In this document: piece by piece, positions 9,627-18,168 of the stretch | Position numbering within the stretch: the first letter of the stretch is position 1 | Layout: each line of letters begins with the position of its first letter | IMG/VR virus record: IMGVR_UViG_3300049182_000081 | Location: 1 to 39,567 of that record | Length of the DNA stretch: 39,567 bases | Origin: a virus | Taxonomy: Duplodnaviria > Caudoviricetes | Strand: one strand, 5' to 3' | Translations under genes and position numbers: made by a program | The notes under the pieces: generated by a model | Seen by the model: the letters and a program-made list of their open reading frames with translations, nothing else | Databases searched by the model: none | What the model was told of the DNA's origin: nothing

Positions 9627-9877
9627 TGCAGGGGATCGGCCAAAAGATCGTGGAGTGGGCGGCGGTAGCCGCCCTCGTTGGCGTGATAGGGTATCTTATC
9701 GGGAACAACGACGCGATGATGATGAAAGCCGCGGTTGACCGCCAGTCCGAAGCGTTCGCCCGCCATGAACGTGAAATATTGGCGCTGGAAGCCCGTATCG
9801 CGGTTCTGGAGCCACGTGTCGAACGGCTTGTGACGCTTTCCGAAATGGAACGAGAACAAAGGAGGCTGGCTAAATGA
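9623..9877 (+). CDS. Single-TM coiled-coil protein (holin/antiholin candidate)
   Basis: N-terminal TM then heptad-rich region; Met-Met start; ATGA overlaps at both ends. Confidence 0.55.
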   Translation: MMQGIGQKIVEWAAVAALVGVIGYLIGNNDAMMMKAAVDRQSEAFARHEREILALEARIAVLEPRVERLVTLSEMEREQRRLAK

Positions 9878-10491
9878 CTGACCCCCGCAAGCCCATTTTC
9901 GATGCCATCCGCGCAGCGCGGGGCAAAGGCTTCGACACGATGGAAGTCGGCGCAATCGACAACCTGCTCGACGCGCTCGGTGTCCCGCGCGAGGCTCCCG
10001 CTGGCCTCAAGACCAGCGCCAAGGGCATTGATCTGATCCATTCGTTTGAGGGCTGCGAGAAGAAGCGCGCAGACGGCAAGATTGAAGCCTACCCCGATCC
10101 CGGCTCCGGCGGCGAGCCTTGGACAATCGGCTGGGGTTCGACTGGCGACGACCCGTTCAATGGTGGGCGCATCCGCAAGGGGACGGTGTGGACGCAGGCG
10201 CAATGCGACGAGCGGTTCGTGAAGCACCTCGCGCAGTTCGAGAAGGCAGTGCGCGAGGCCGTTGGCCCGGCCAAGACTTCGCAGAACCAGTTCGACGCGC
10301 TGGTCAGCTTCACCTACAACCTTGGCGCGGGGAACCTCAACAGTTCGACCCTGCTCAAGAAGCACAAGGCGGGTGACTACGCTGGCGCGGCCAATGAGTT
10401 CGCGCGCTGGAACAAGGCCGCTGGAAAAGTCATGGCGGGCCTCACCCGTCGCCGCGCCGCCGAAGCCGACCTTTACCGAGGTGCAGTATGA
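9874..10491 (+). CDS. Endolysin, GH24 lysozyme
   Basis: FEG...AYPDPG...WTIGWG catalytic E/D/T; QNQFDALVSFTYNLG; GLTRRRAAEADLY. Confidence 0.95.
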   Translation: MTDPRKPIFDAIRAARGKGFDTMEVGAIDNLLDALGVPREAPAGLKTSAKGIDLIHSFEGCEKKRADGKIEAYPDPGSGGEPWTIGWGSTGDDPFNGGRIRKGTVWTQAQCDERFVKHLAQFEKAVREAVGPAKTSQNQFDALVSFTYNLGAGNLNSSTLLKKHKAGDYAGAANEFARWNKAAGKVMAGLTRRRAAEADLYRGAV

Positions 10492-10715
10492 TGAAGCAGA
10501 TGCCCCGTAATATTATCGCCGCCCTCGTCATGTTGCTCGCGTTCGGGATCATCGCGGGGCTGTTTCTCGTGCCGATCCCGCAAACCAATGGCGAGGTCGC
10601 TTTGGTGATCCTCGGGGTGGCTGTCGGATGGGCTGGAAACGTGGTAAACTACCACTTCGGCACCAGCGAAGGCTCGACCCGCAAGACCGATATCATGAAC
10701 GAAAAGAGGTTCTGA
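10488..10715 (+). CDS. Holin (2 TM)
   Basis: Two TM helices then YHFGTSEGS..K tail; follows the endolysin. Confidence 0.7.
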   Translation: MMKQMPRNIIAALVMLLAFGIIAGLFLVPIPQTNGEVALVILGVAVGWAGNVVNYHFGTSEGSTRKTDIMNEKRF

Positions 10716-11050
10716 TGCTGCACCAGATTTTGAGGATGCTCATGGGCAACTGGCAGATCGCGCTTGGCGTGGTCGGCTTGCTCGCTATGTCCCACTCGCT
10801 CACCTATTGCAAAGGCCGGAACGATGGCGCGGCCCTCGAACGCGCCAAGCAGGCACAGGTCGAAACCAAAGCCGTCGCCAAGGCCCGCGAAGCCGATAGC
10901 GCCGCCAACACCGCCGTGAAGGAGACCACCAATGCTGTCGAAGAAAGCAACCAGCGCGCTCGTGATGCCTCGGCTGGCAGTCCTGACCCCCTTGGCGATG
11001 CTCTGCGCAGCTTGCGGCGAGAAACCCGTCCTGATCCTTCCGCCCGTTGA
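10715..11050 (+). CDS. Rz: Inner-membrane spanin (Rz-like)
   Basis: N-terminal TM, Ala-rich coiled coil, overlaps a lipoprotein gene in another frame. Confidence 0.8.
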   Translation: MLHQILRMLMGNWQIALGVVGLLAMSHSLTYCKGRNDGAALERAKQAQVETKAVAKAREADSAANTAVKETTNAVEESNQRARDASAGSPDPLGDALRSLRRETRPDPSAR

Positions 11051-11219
11051 ACTGACCACCTGCGCCGACGAACCCCTTGCGCCCGATCTGCCGGCGCGCG
11101 AGTTCCAGGACGAACGCGATCGGCTGATGCTGAACTTCGCGCTCGATCTTCGCGCTGCGTGGGGCGACTGCAAAGCCAAGGTCGAAGGGCTGCGCACTTG
11201 GCGCGAGGAAGCGGGCTAA
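10965..11219 (+). CDS. Rz1: Outer-membrane lipoprotein spanin (Rz1-like)
   Basis: MPRLAVLTPLAMLCAAC lipobox, Pro-rich segment, second and third Cys. Confidence 0.8.
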   Translation: MPRLAVLTPLAMLCAACGEKPVLILPPVELTTCADEPLAPDLPAREFQDERDRLMLNFALDLRAAWGDCKAKVEGLRTWREEAG

Positions 11220-11419
11220 CCCACTCGCTCGCAGCGCACCACACCTTCGTCCCGCAAGGTGCGAACCCTGAATACTCCCTCATGCCCTCGCTGGCGGTGA
11301 GAGCGCAAAGCCGTTCGCACCTTGCGCGCTATGTCCTGACCGGGCTGCTTCGGGGTGTCAAAATACTCGCCAACGCTCATGCTCTTGAGGGGGTATTTAA
11401 TCGGGCGACCCCGCATCAA
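11216..11419 (-). CDS. Small basic putative DNA-binding protein
   Basis: GRPIKYPLKSMSVGEYF pattern seen in small phage proteins; coupled to the upstream gene. Confidence 0.6.
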   Translation of the reverse strand: MMRGRPIKYPLKSMSVGEYFDTPKQPGQDIARKVRTALRSHRQRGHEGVFRVRTLRDEGVVRCERVG

Positions 11420-11880
11420 AACCTCTCCGTTGCCATCTGGCCGTAGTAAGCGATCAACGCCGCTTCGGCCCGTCCATCATCCTTGGCCCGCTGCCAATTG
11501 TCGGTGTGCTGCGGGAACAGTTCGCTTGCCCTGATCCGCGATGCAGCCTTGTCAGCCTTCACGACCAACCCGACGCGCTTCTTCCACTCCTGCGGCCTCA
11601 CATGGCTGAACGGGGTTTCCGCTGCCGCCACGAGGCCCAGAATGAAGCCATACCGCTCCCCGAAGGTGAACGTGCTGCTCACACCCTGCTTGGGCATGGC
11701 AGCGACCTTCTCGATCCACACATGGCCCGCCAAGCGCAGAGCCGGAAGCCAATCCTGTGCCCATCGGGCATAATCGGGTTGCCCGCCCGCCGCTGGCACC
11801 GGATAGACCTTAAGGTAGCCTTGGCCATCCGTGAGCGCGAGCGCGCCCGTGATGCCTGGGTCGATGCCTGCGATAATCAT
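11416..11880 (-). CDS. RuvC-like Holliday junction resolvase
   Basis: IAGIDPG..GA, IE.V.AMP.QGVSS.F.FG, P.EWK, DDGRAEAALIA. Confidence 0.9.
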   Translation of the reverse strand: MIIAGIDPGITGALALTDGQGYLKVYPVPAAGGQPDYARWAQDWLPALRLAGHVWIEKVAAMPKQGVSSTFTFGERYGFILGLVAAAETPFSHVRPQEWKKRVGLVVKADKAASRIRASELFPQHTDNWQRAKDDGRAEAALIAYYGQMATERF

Positions 11881-12044
11881 TCCGGCACCCCATAACGCTT
11901 GCCAGACCGGATACGCTGGCCGGCGCAGCTAAGCGCAAGCGCCATGTCGTTAAATCCTAGGAAAGAGCACATCCGCGCCTCTTTTTCCAGTTCGTCAGCG
12001 ATCGCGTGTCGTTCTTCCCGCCGCGCGGTAACTTCGTCCATCAT
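11877..12044 (-). CDS. Hypothetical protein (55 aa, MMDEVTARREE...)
   Basis: ATGA overlaps with PolA stop and RuvC start; GGAGG upstream. Confidence 0.6.
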   Translation of the reverse strand: MMDEVTARREERHAIADELEKEARMCSFLGFNDMALALSCAGQRIRSGKRYGVPE

Positions 12045-14023
12045 TTGCTGTAAACCTCCATTTGATCGCACTCGGCGGCTACGGGTATGCCGTAGTCCAC
12101 CACCCATTGCTCGCGTTCTTCCATGCACTGTTGCAGCACGGTGAGAGCATCGTTGCGCTTGGCTTCTGGCTCGGTCACCAGTTCATCGTGAACGGTGAAC
12201 ACCACTGGCAAGCCTTCCTTCTCGCAGCGGAACATCGCCGCCACCATGATGTCCCTCGCAGCAGCCTGAACCACGTTCTCCGCCAGCAGCCCGCCGAAGG
12301 GTGTCTTGCGATGCGCGCCCTTTCCCTGAAAGGACAGATAGGACCACGCCTGCCGGATGTCGGTTTCATCCCACGGCACGGCCTTCTGCTCCTTCCGAGG
12401 ATCGCAGTAGAACATCTCGCGCCCGCTCGGAAGGCGGCAGACGAGATAGTTCCCGCGCATCTGGTAGGTGATACCGCGATACTCGTAAGCGCGCTTCGAC
12501 GAACACCAGACGGCCTGCGCCGATGCTTCCTCCAAACCATACCATAGCTTCGGCACCAGCGGCGCCCACTCCTTCCGGTAGGTCTCGATGCACTGCTCGG
12601 CAAATTCGAGCGGCTTGTCCGGCACCGTGACGAGGTGGAACTTGTTTGGCCCCATGCCGAAGCCGGCGCCCAAGACCGTCCCCTTGCCTACGAAGCGCAG
12701 ATCAGGGTTGTCCTTCTTGTTCACCTCGCGCCCGAAAATGCGCGCTGCCATGTCGCTGTAAGGGTCGCCCTCGTCGAACGAGCGCGCCTTGGCTGTCTCG
12801 CCGGCGAGCGCCAGCACCACGCGGGCCTCGATCGCGTTGAAGTCGCCCGCCACGAACACATTGCCGTCCGCTGGCCGGAAGCACCCGCGCAAGGTCGAGA
12901 TCACCGCGTCGAACACGTTGCCGCAGCGCCGGTCGATCTCGGCCATGTCGCCGCGGCGCACCATGTCCATAATCTCGCGCTGCGAGATATCCTCGACCGT
13001 GGGGCGGGGCATATTCTGCGGCTGCACCAGACGGCCAGCGGCGCGGCCCGTGCGGGCGCCATGATACTGCATCGTGCCGCGCACCCGCCCGTCAAGGTTG
13101 GTGCAGTCGAGCATCCGGTTCAACTTCTTGACCGAGGACGAGCCAAGGATGCGCCTGATCTGGATGGCGCGGTATGCCTCGGGCGTGATGTTCGCCAGCG
13201 CGCTATCCTCGGCTTCCGCGTCGAGAACCTTGTCAAGCGTGTCCTTGCGCAGATCAGGCAAGCCCGCGCCAGTTGCATTGATCCAGTCCAGCACCTTCTC
13301 ACGCTGTGTCGGCTTGAGGCCGGTCAATTCCCTGAACTCGGCTTCCATTGGCCCGCGACTGGCTTCCAGCAGCCCGATAGCCTGGCGCACGTAAGGCTCG
13401 TCGATTAGGATGCCGCGCTGGTTGGCGCGCTCGTTCAGCATCCACACAGCGCGCTCCTGCGGCCCCAGACCACCCAGCTTGCAGTGCGCCTCATACTGCG
13501 CGTCCACATCGCCCACGTTGTATTTCAACAGCCGCGCCATTTTCTCGGGCGGGTGGTCGAAATTGCCCGTGCGCGGGTTGGGCTTGCACATCTGCATCAT
13601 CAGGACATGGCCTTCCATGTCCTTCTGCGCGGTCAGCTTGAGGGTGCTGCTCAACTTGTCGAGGTTCAGGGGCAAGGTGTAGCGCGCTGCCACCGCCATC
13701 GTGTCATGCCAGCGTTCAATCGGCAGCGGCGGCCACTTGTGCTGCGCGACCATGATGTGCTGCCAGATCGCTTGTTCGAAGCCCGCATTGTGTGCAACGA
13801 AGATCACGCTCGGGTCGTAGCAGAGTTCAAGCAGTTCGGTGTGCCGGTTGCGGATGGCCTGCTCGGTCAGGACGACCGTGGGCGCTGGCACGTTGTCGGT
13901 GACAATCTTGTAGCCAAGCGACAGGATGAAGGTGGAAACATCCTCGGCATAGCGCCATGCGCCCACCTGCTTGAGATCAGCGCAACTTGCCGTCTCGAAG
14001 TCCAAAACCACGTAGCGGGTCAT
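12041..14023 (-). CDS. polA: Family A DNA polymerase with 3'-5' exonuclease
   Basis: DFET, AHNAGFE and Y...DV exo motifs; TGR; DFNAIEARV (A), R..GK...LG..FGMG (B), VHDEL (C). Confidence 0.95.
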   Translation of the reverse strand: MTRYVVLDFETASCADLKQVGAWRYAEDVSTFILSLGYKIVTDNVPAPTVVLTEQAIRNRHTELLELCYDPSVIFVAHNAGFEQAIWQHIMVAQHKWPPLPIERWHDTMAVAARYTLPLNLDKLSSTLKLTAQKDMEGHVLMMQMCKPNPRTGNFDHPPEKMARLLKYNVGDVDAQYEAHCKLGGLGPQERAVWMLNERANQRGILIDEPYVRQAIGLLEASRGPMEAEFRELTGLKPTQREKVLDWINATGAGLPDLRKDTLDKVLDAEAEDSALANITPEAYRAIQIRRILGSSSVKKLNRMLDCTNLDGRVRGTMQYHGARTGRAAGRLVQPQNMPRPTVEDISQREIMDMVRRGDMAEIDRRCGNVFDAVISTLRGCFRPADGNVFVAGDFNAIEARVVLALAGETAKARSFDEGDPYSDMAARIFGREVNKKDNPDLRFVGKGTVLGAGFGMGPNKFHLVTVPDKPLEFAEQCIETYRKEWAPLVPKLWYGLEEASAQAVWCSSKRAYEYRGITYQMRGNYLVCRLPSGREMFYCDPRKEQKAVPWDETDIRQAWSYLSFQGKGAHRKTPFGGLLAENVVQAAARDIMVAAMFRCEKEGLPVVFTVHDELVTEPEAKRNDALTVLQQCMEEREQWVVDYGIPVAAECDQMEVYSK

Positions 14024-14736
14024 GAACGCCTCCCCGTGTCGAAGCGGCAGAGCGAATTGTGATATTCGATGCGGTCAACCAAAATCCGCGCGCGAACTTG
14101 CTTACTCCGTGGCTGATAGGTGCCCTTCCAGGCGCTATCTATGCCAATGTTCCGCGCGACATTCGTGCTGTCTGCGGACGACACGGGGAGTTGAGTGAAT
14201 ATCGCCGGGTTCAGGCCGCGCAAGAGATGAATTTTTGTAATTGGGTAGCCCTCATAGTTGCAGATCGAACGGATGGCGCGGCCAACGTGGTCGAGGTATT
14301 TTGACCGCAGCGATACATCGAACTCTCCACTTGACCCAATACATACCCTCGGAAAATCCCGCGCCAGGCGTTGCAGACGCTCAAGGCTCTCGTTTGTGTG
14401 CCAGACAGGCGCTCCCTTGTGCGCGCCGTGCGGCCACTCCGCGATCAATTGGTCATTCTGTTCTTCGGTGCCGCCGATCACATCGGGGATCACCACAAAG
14501 TCTAGCCGCGGGTGGTGCAACCATTCTTCAAGCCACCAGTAGAACAGCGGCCAATCCGGCTTGACGCCGTTCTTCCAAAAAATGAAAGCGCCGTTGTCGA
14601 TCGCGAACGATTGGCTGTGTTCAGCCACTAAGCGAATTTGTTGGGCGGTCGCCCAACTGACGAAAGCATGACGACTCTTTACGACCTCAATGGCGCAAGT
14701 GTCGGGGGTTATCGGGGTGCCGTGGTAGTGGATCAC
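14020..14736 (-). CDS. TGT/DpdA-like transglycosylase-fold protein (candidate DNA 7-deazaguanine insertase)
   Basis: Ordered motifs DNGAF, IPDVI, PVWH, CIGSS, IHLLRG, SADST; GTG start overlaps the QueD-like TGA. Confidence 0.7.
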   Translation of the reverse strand: MIHYHGTPITPDTCAIEVVKSRHAFVSWATAQQIRLVAEHSQSFAIDNGAFIFWKNGVKPDWPLFYWWLEEWLHHPRLDFVVIPDVIGGTEEQNDQLIAEWPHGAHKGAPVWHTNESLERLQRLARDFPRVCIGSSGEFDVSLRSKYLDHVGRAIRSICNYEGYPITKIHLLRGLNPAIFTQLPVSSADSTNVARNIGIDSAWKGTYQPRSKQVRARILVDRIEYHNSLCRFDTGRRS

Positions 14737-15104
14737 GCCAAGTGCTCCCACGCAGCCATCAACCCTTCGTGGGGGCGGCTGATCTCAACGCGCACAACGT
14801 CTTGGCGCTTTGCGAGGTCAAGGGCGATATCCTCGGCCCATGCAAATTCGTCGGGCAGAACATTGTGATCCCAGCGGGCGAGGTCGCACTCGACTCGCGC
14901 CTTGAGGACTCGGGCGTCACAGCGGCTATGGTTCTCAAACCACACCACCACTTCCCAAGTGTGGCCGTGAATTTGTCCAGTTCGTTGGCAGCGATGCGCA
15001 GCTGAAAAGTGCGACCTCACGCCAGTAAGGATACGCCCCTCCGCCGCGATACGGGCGCGCTGCTCGGCGCCGCCTGTTTTCTTAACTTCCCAGATATTGC
15101 TCAC
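14733..15104 (-). CDS. QueD / 6-pyruvoyl-tetrahydropterin synthase-like T-fold protein (divergent)
   Basis: FSAAH...HGHTW, WDH..L, AEDIA; GTG start with GGAAGG RBS. Confidence 0.8.
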   Translation of the reverse strand: MSNIWEVKKTGGAEQRARIAAEGRILTGVRSHFSAAHRCQRTGQIHGHTWEVVVWFENHSRCDARVLKARVECDLARWDHNVLPDEFAWAEDIALDLAKRQDVVRVEISRPHEGLMAAWEHLA

Positions 15105-15166
15105 AGAACACCCTTCCAAAGATGGTTGGCAGACTATTCCCGGTCTGCCAGCGGGCCGTGACGAAC

Positions 15167-15946
15167 TTAGAACTGGCTGGTGTCCACGCCCGCCTGTCCG
15201 GTGCCGGTGGTCGGGTCATAGGCCGTGGCCGCGCCCATGTAGTGCGAGAACTCGTCGGCAAGGCTGCGCTCGGCGGTCAGCCGCTCGCCATCCTTGACCC
15301 ACACGATGTTGCGGATGTAGGCGCTCACCCCGTCCTTGTCCTCGGGCTTCTTGCGCGCCCACGGGGACAGGTTGAACGAGCCACCGACATAGCAACCCCG
15401 ATAGAACTTGTCCTTGTATTCCTGGAAGGACAGTTGCGTGTCGAGCGGCAGCACCTTGCCTTGGCCGATCACACCCAGCTTGAAGCCAAAGCGGTCGGCG
15501 TTCTCGCGCTCCTTCTGGTCGAGGTCGTCGTTGTAGCGGTCGAGGAAGCGGTCGTGAAAGGCCACACGGCTCGAAGCGGTCAGGATGCCGGCGAAGGGAC
15601 GGAGAAGGTCGGCCTGTGCCTGCGCCCGCTCCTTGATCTTCTCGGCTTCCTCGACCGGCTTGCCGCGGGCCTTGAGTTCGGCGGTCAGGATCGCCCGCTC
15701 CGCAGCCTTCACGCCGCTGGTGCAGCAAAGCTGGTAATTGTCGGGGCCGGTGAACGGGCCGAAGTGTTCGGTGACAGCGCGAGCCGACATCTCGAAAAGC
15801 GCCTGCGCGTCCTCTGCTTCGAGGCCCAACTTGACCGAATATTTGGTCTTGGCGTTGTCGTCGGCCTTCGTGGCGGTGACGAGGTTGGCATAGAGAGCGC
15901 GAGCGGGGTGACGCAGCACGTAGTCGTAATACTTGGTAGCAGACAT
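15167..15946 (-). CDS. ssDNA-binding protein (DUF2815/Enc34/gp2.5-like)
   Basis: KYSV.L, FYRGCY, GVSAY..N...VKDGERL, acidic tail ending in F; between nuclease and PolA. Confidence 0.8.
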   Translation of the reverse strand: MSATKYYDYVLRHPARALYANLVTATKADDNAKTKYSVKLGLEAEDAQALFEMSARAVTEHFGPFTGPDNYQLCCTSGVKAAERAILTAELKARGKPVEEAEKIKERAQAQADLLRPFAGILTASSRVAFHDRFLDRYNDDLDQKERENADRFGFKLGVIGQGKVLPLDTQLSFQEYKDKFYRGCYVGGSFNLSPWARKKPEDKDGVSAYIRNIVWVKDGERLTAERSLADEFSHYMGAATAYDPTTGTGQAGVDTSQF

Positions 15947-15962
15947 TTCGATTTCCTTTCAA

Positions 15963-17102
15963 TCAGGCTTGATACATTTTCGACAACTTTTCGAGTTCGG
16001 CATTCGGATTGGCCGCCGGAGCGGGATCGTCAGCCGGGACCACCTTATACCCGGTTGCCTCGGGAAGATAGGCCCATTCTGCCACCACCTGCTTGTATCG
16101 AGCACTGATCTTCTCGACTTGGGCAGGTGATTTCAGCTTTTCTTCGTAGGCGTCCTTGCCCAGCATCTCTGCCAGAGCCTTCTCCGCCCCGTCCTTCCAT
16201 GTGCGGGTCGTGCGCATCGCCACCAGCTTCGCGTTGGTGAACTCGCCGCCTTCCGACAACCGCGCATGAACCTTGGCTTCGAGCGCCTTCATGAAGCCGC
16301 GCACTCGCGGCAACATCGCATAGAACTTGTCCAGATCCTCGTCAGACAAGCCGGTCGGCTCGGGCTGGTCGAGTTGCAGGAACGCATCCTGTTGCAGCGG
16401 GCAGGTCAGCTTGGCATCGCAGAACTGGCAGTGGTCGCCCATCACCAGCGTTTCATCGTTGATGGCGCGCTCCATGCCCGGCAGCAGGGTTTCCCGCGCC
16501 CACTTGGTCACGTAGCCAACCGTGGTGGTCCACCGCTTCTGATGCTCACCGAAGGCAGCACGGGGCTGGCTGATGATCAGTTCGACCTCGAAGTTCTCGC
16601 CCATGTCGAGATCGACCAGTTCGTTGATCGCGCCCCAGGCATAGTAGAGAAGCTGCGGGTTGTTCTCGGCAGGCACCGTGACCCCCACGCCATACTTGAA
16701 GTCGGCCACGATCAGCCGATCCTCATGCACGGCGAGGAAGTCCGCAGTCCCCCAGAAATACTTGTTGGGGCGGTAGTTGCGGCCCAGCACGTATTCGATG
16801 CCAACCTTTGCTGCATCCTTCATCAGCGAGCGAGCGAGATTGACGTATTCCTGCACCGCGTCAGGGTCGATCTCGTTCTCGCCGTAGCCACAGGTATAGC
16901 CATGCGCGGTTTTGCCGATCGCTTCCCACGCGTCATGGTTTCCCAGCAGGCATTCGGCTGCAAGTTCGTGAGCGGCGGTGCCGAGAGCGGCGTGTTCGCT
17001 CTCGACCCGTTCCGCATCCTTGTTCAGGGCGAAGGAGCCAGGGCAAGCCAGCCAACGCGCGGCACCGCTGGCCCCGAGCGGGGAATGTTCACCCTCAGCC
17101 AT
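15963..17102 (-). CDS. DUF2800 family PD-(D/E)XK (Cas4-like) nuclease
   Basis: HS.LG.S.A.RW..CPGS, GT.AH, GTAD, DFKYG.G, N.QL..YA, QPR, HC.FC.....C. Confidence 0.9.
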   Translation of the reverse strand: MAEGEHSPLGASGAARWLACPGSFALNKDAERVESEHAALGTAAHELAAECLLGNHDAWEAIGKTAHGYTCGYGENEIDPDAVQEYVNLARSLMKDAAKVGIEYVLGRNYRPNKYFWGTADFLAVHEDRLIVADFKYGVGVTVPAENNPQLLYYAWGAINELVDLDMGENFEVELIISQPRAAFGEHQKRWTTTVGYVTKWARETLLPGMERAINDETLVMGDHCQFCDAKLTCPLQQDAFLQLDQPEPTGLSDEDLDKFYAMLPRVRGFMKALEAKVHARLSEGGEFTNAKLVAMRTTRTWKDGAEKALAEMLGKDAYEEKLKSPAQVEKISARYKQVVAEWAYLPEATGYKVVPADDPAPAANPNAELEKLSKMYQA

Positions 17103-17820
17103 GATACACCACGCCCGTTTGCTCCTGCGCCTCGGTCACGAACGCGCGGCGCTGCGCCTGATCCTTGATCGCGGTCGGGCGCGGCATATCGCCATCCGGC
17201 ACGAACTTCGCCGCCAAAGCAAACACCGGCTCCGAACTGCCGAAGTGCTGCACCAACCGCCCGCAATAGCGTTGCAACTCGGTGTCGGTGATCTCGGGGA
17301 GTTCCTCGTCAGCAGCGGCAAGCCCTCCAGTATTCGCGTCCGGCGACGGTTCCTTTGATACCGCCTCCGCATCGGACGCAGAAGGGGCCTGCTCCGTCGA
17401 GAGCGTAGCAGCGCCGTTTCCCTCCGGTTCGCCTTCGTCGGCTTCCTCGGCCTTGCTGGCGGCGCCCTTCTTCAAGCGCCAGGTGCCATCCTTCTTGAGC
17501 GTTCCGGTGTGCAGTTCCGGATCAAACGGCGTTCCGGCGCTGTCTGTTTCGGGCTGCTCGGCTGCTTCCGGTTCGGCCTGCGAAAGCGTCTCCACGATCG
17601 CGGCGGCTTCCGCCACCTGCTCGGGGGCGACCGCAACGGTCGCAGTCATAGCGGGTTCGGGCGCGATCTCGACCGGCGGCTGGCTGGCCGCAACGCCGCC
17701 GAGAAGCGCCATTATCTCATGGCCCATCTGGATGCTGGCGACCGCAGCCTGCGGGTTGGCACCCGTGACTTCGACCTTGATTACCCCGTTGGGGTGCGCG
17801 AGTGCAAAATTGAAATCCAT
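17095..17820 (-). CDS. Acidic hypothetical replication-region protein
   Basis: 241 aa, A/E/P-rich with DSAGTPFDPELH..T.KKDGTWR.KKG motif; AAAGGA RBS. Confidence 0.75.
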   Translation of the reverse strand: MDFNFALAHPNGVIKVEVTGANPQAAVASIQMGHEIMALLGGVAASQPPVEIAPEPAMTATVAVAPEQVAEAAAIVETLSQAEPEAAEQPETDSAGTPFDPELHTGTLKKDGTWRLKKGAASKAEEADEGEPEGNGAATLSTEQAPSASDAEAVSKEPSPDANTGGLAAADEELPEITDTELQRYCGRLVQHFGSSEPVFALAAKFVPDGDMPRPTAIKDQAQRRAFVTEAQEQTGVVYHG

Positions 17821-17821
17821 G

Positions 17822-17968
17822 TCAGTTGTCCTTTCTCAGCATATTGTGAACCGAGCGCAAAACCACGCGAGCGGTTCGGATCGTATCGTCAGGCTCGCAG
17901 CCATTGGCGATTTCGAGAGCGTTATCGACCGCCACTTGCAGGTCGGTCGGGGCGTAGCGCCGCTTCAC
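17822..17968 (-). CDS. Hypothetical protein (48 aa, MKRRYAPTDLQ...)
   Basis: Fills the gap exactly; GTGA overlap with the upstream stop. Confidence 0.55.
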   Translation of the reverse strand: MKRRYAPTDLQVAVDNALEIANGCEPDDTIRTARVVLRSVHNMLRKDN

Positions 17969-18156
17969 AGCGCCAAGACCTTGTAGGCCACGATATCGTA
18001 GGGGTCGGCGTCATCGCGCCAACACGGCCCAAGCTGCGAAGCCCGATACACGCCGGAAATCCCGTTGCGGTATCGCACTTCGACCTTGGCGCGGGGCGGC
18101 ACGGGCGGCTCACCGCCAGCCCACTCGACCCAACCCTTTTCGTCGTCCTCGTCCAT
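17965..18156 (-). CDS. Hypothetical protein (W..W.GGE.PV...VEVR.R.G...DIVAY type)
   Basis: Common small phage protein pattern; GAAGGGA RBS. Confidence 0.75.
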   Translation of the reverse strand: MDEDDEKGWVEWAGGEPPVPPRAKVEVRYRNGISGVYRASQLGPCWRDDADPYDIVAYKVLAL

Positions 18157-18168
18157 GATTTCCCTTCC

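Noticed and set aside
15963-17102. cas4 gene as part of a CRISPR-Cas system
   Set aside because: Motifs and context (next to SSB and PolA) fit the common phage DUF2800 replication/recombination nuclease
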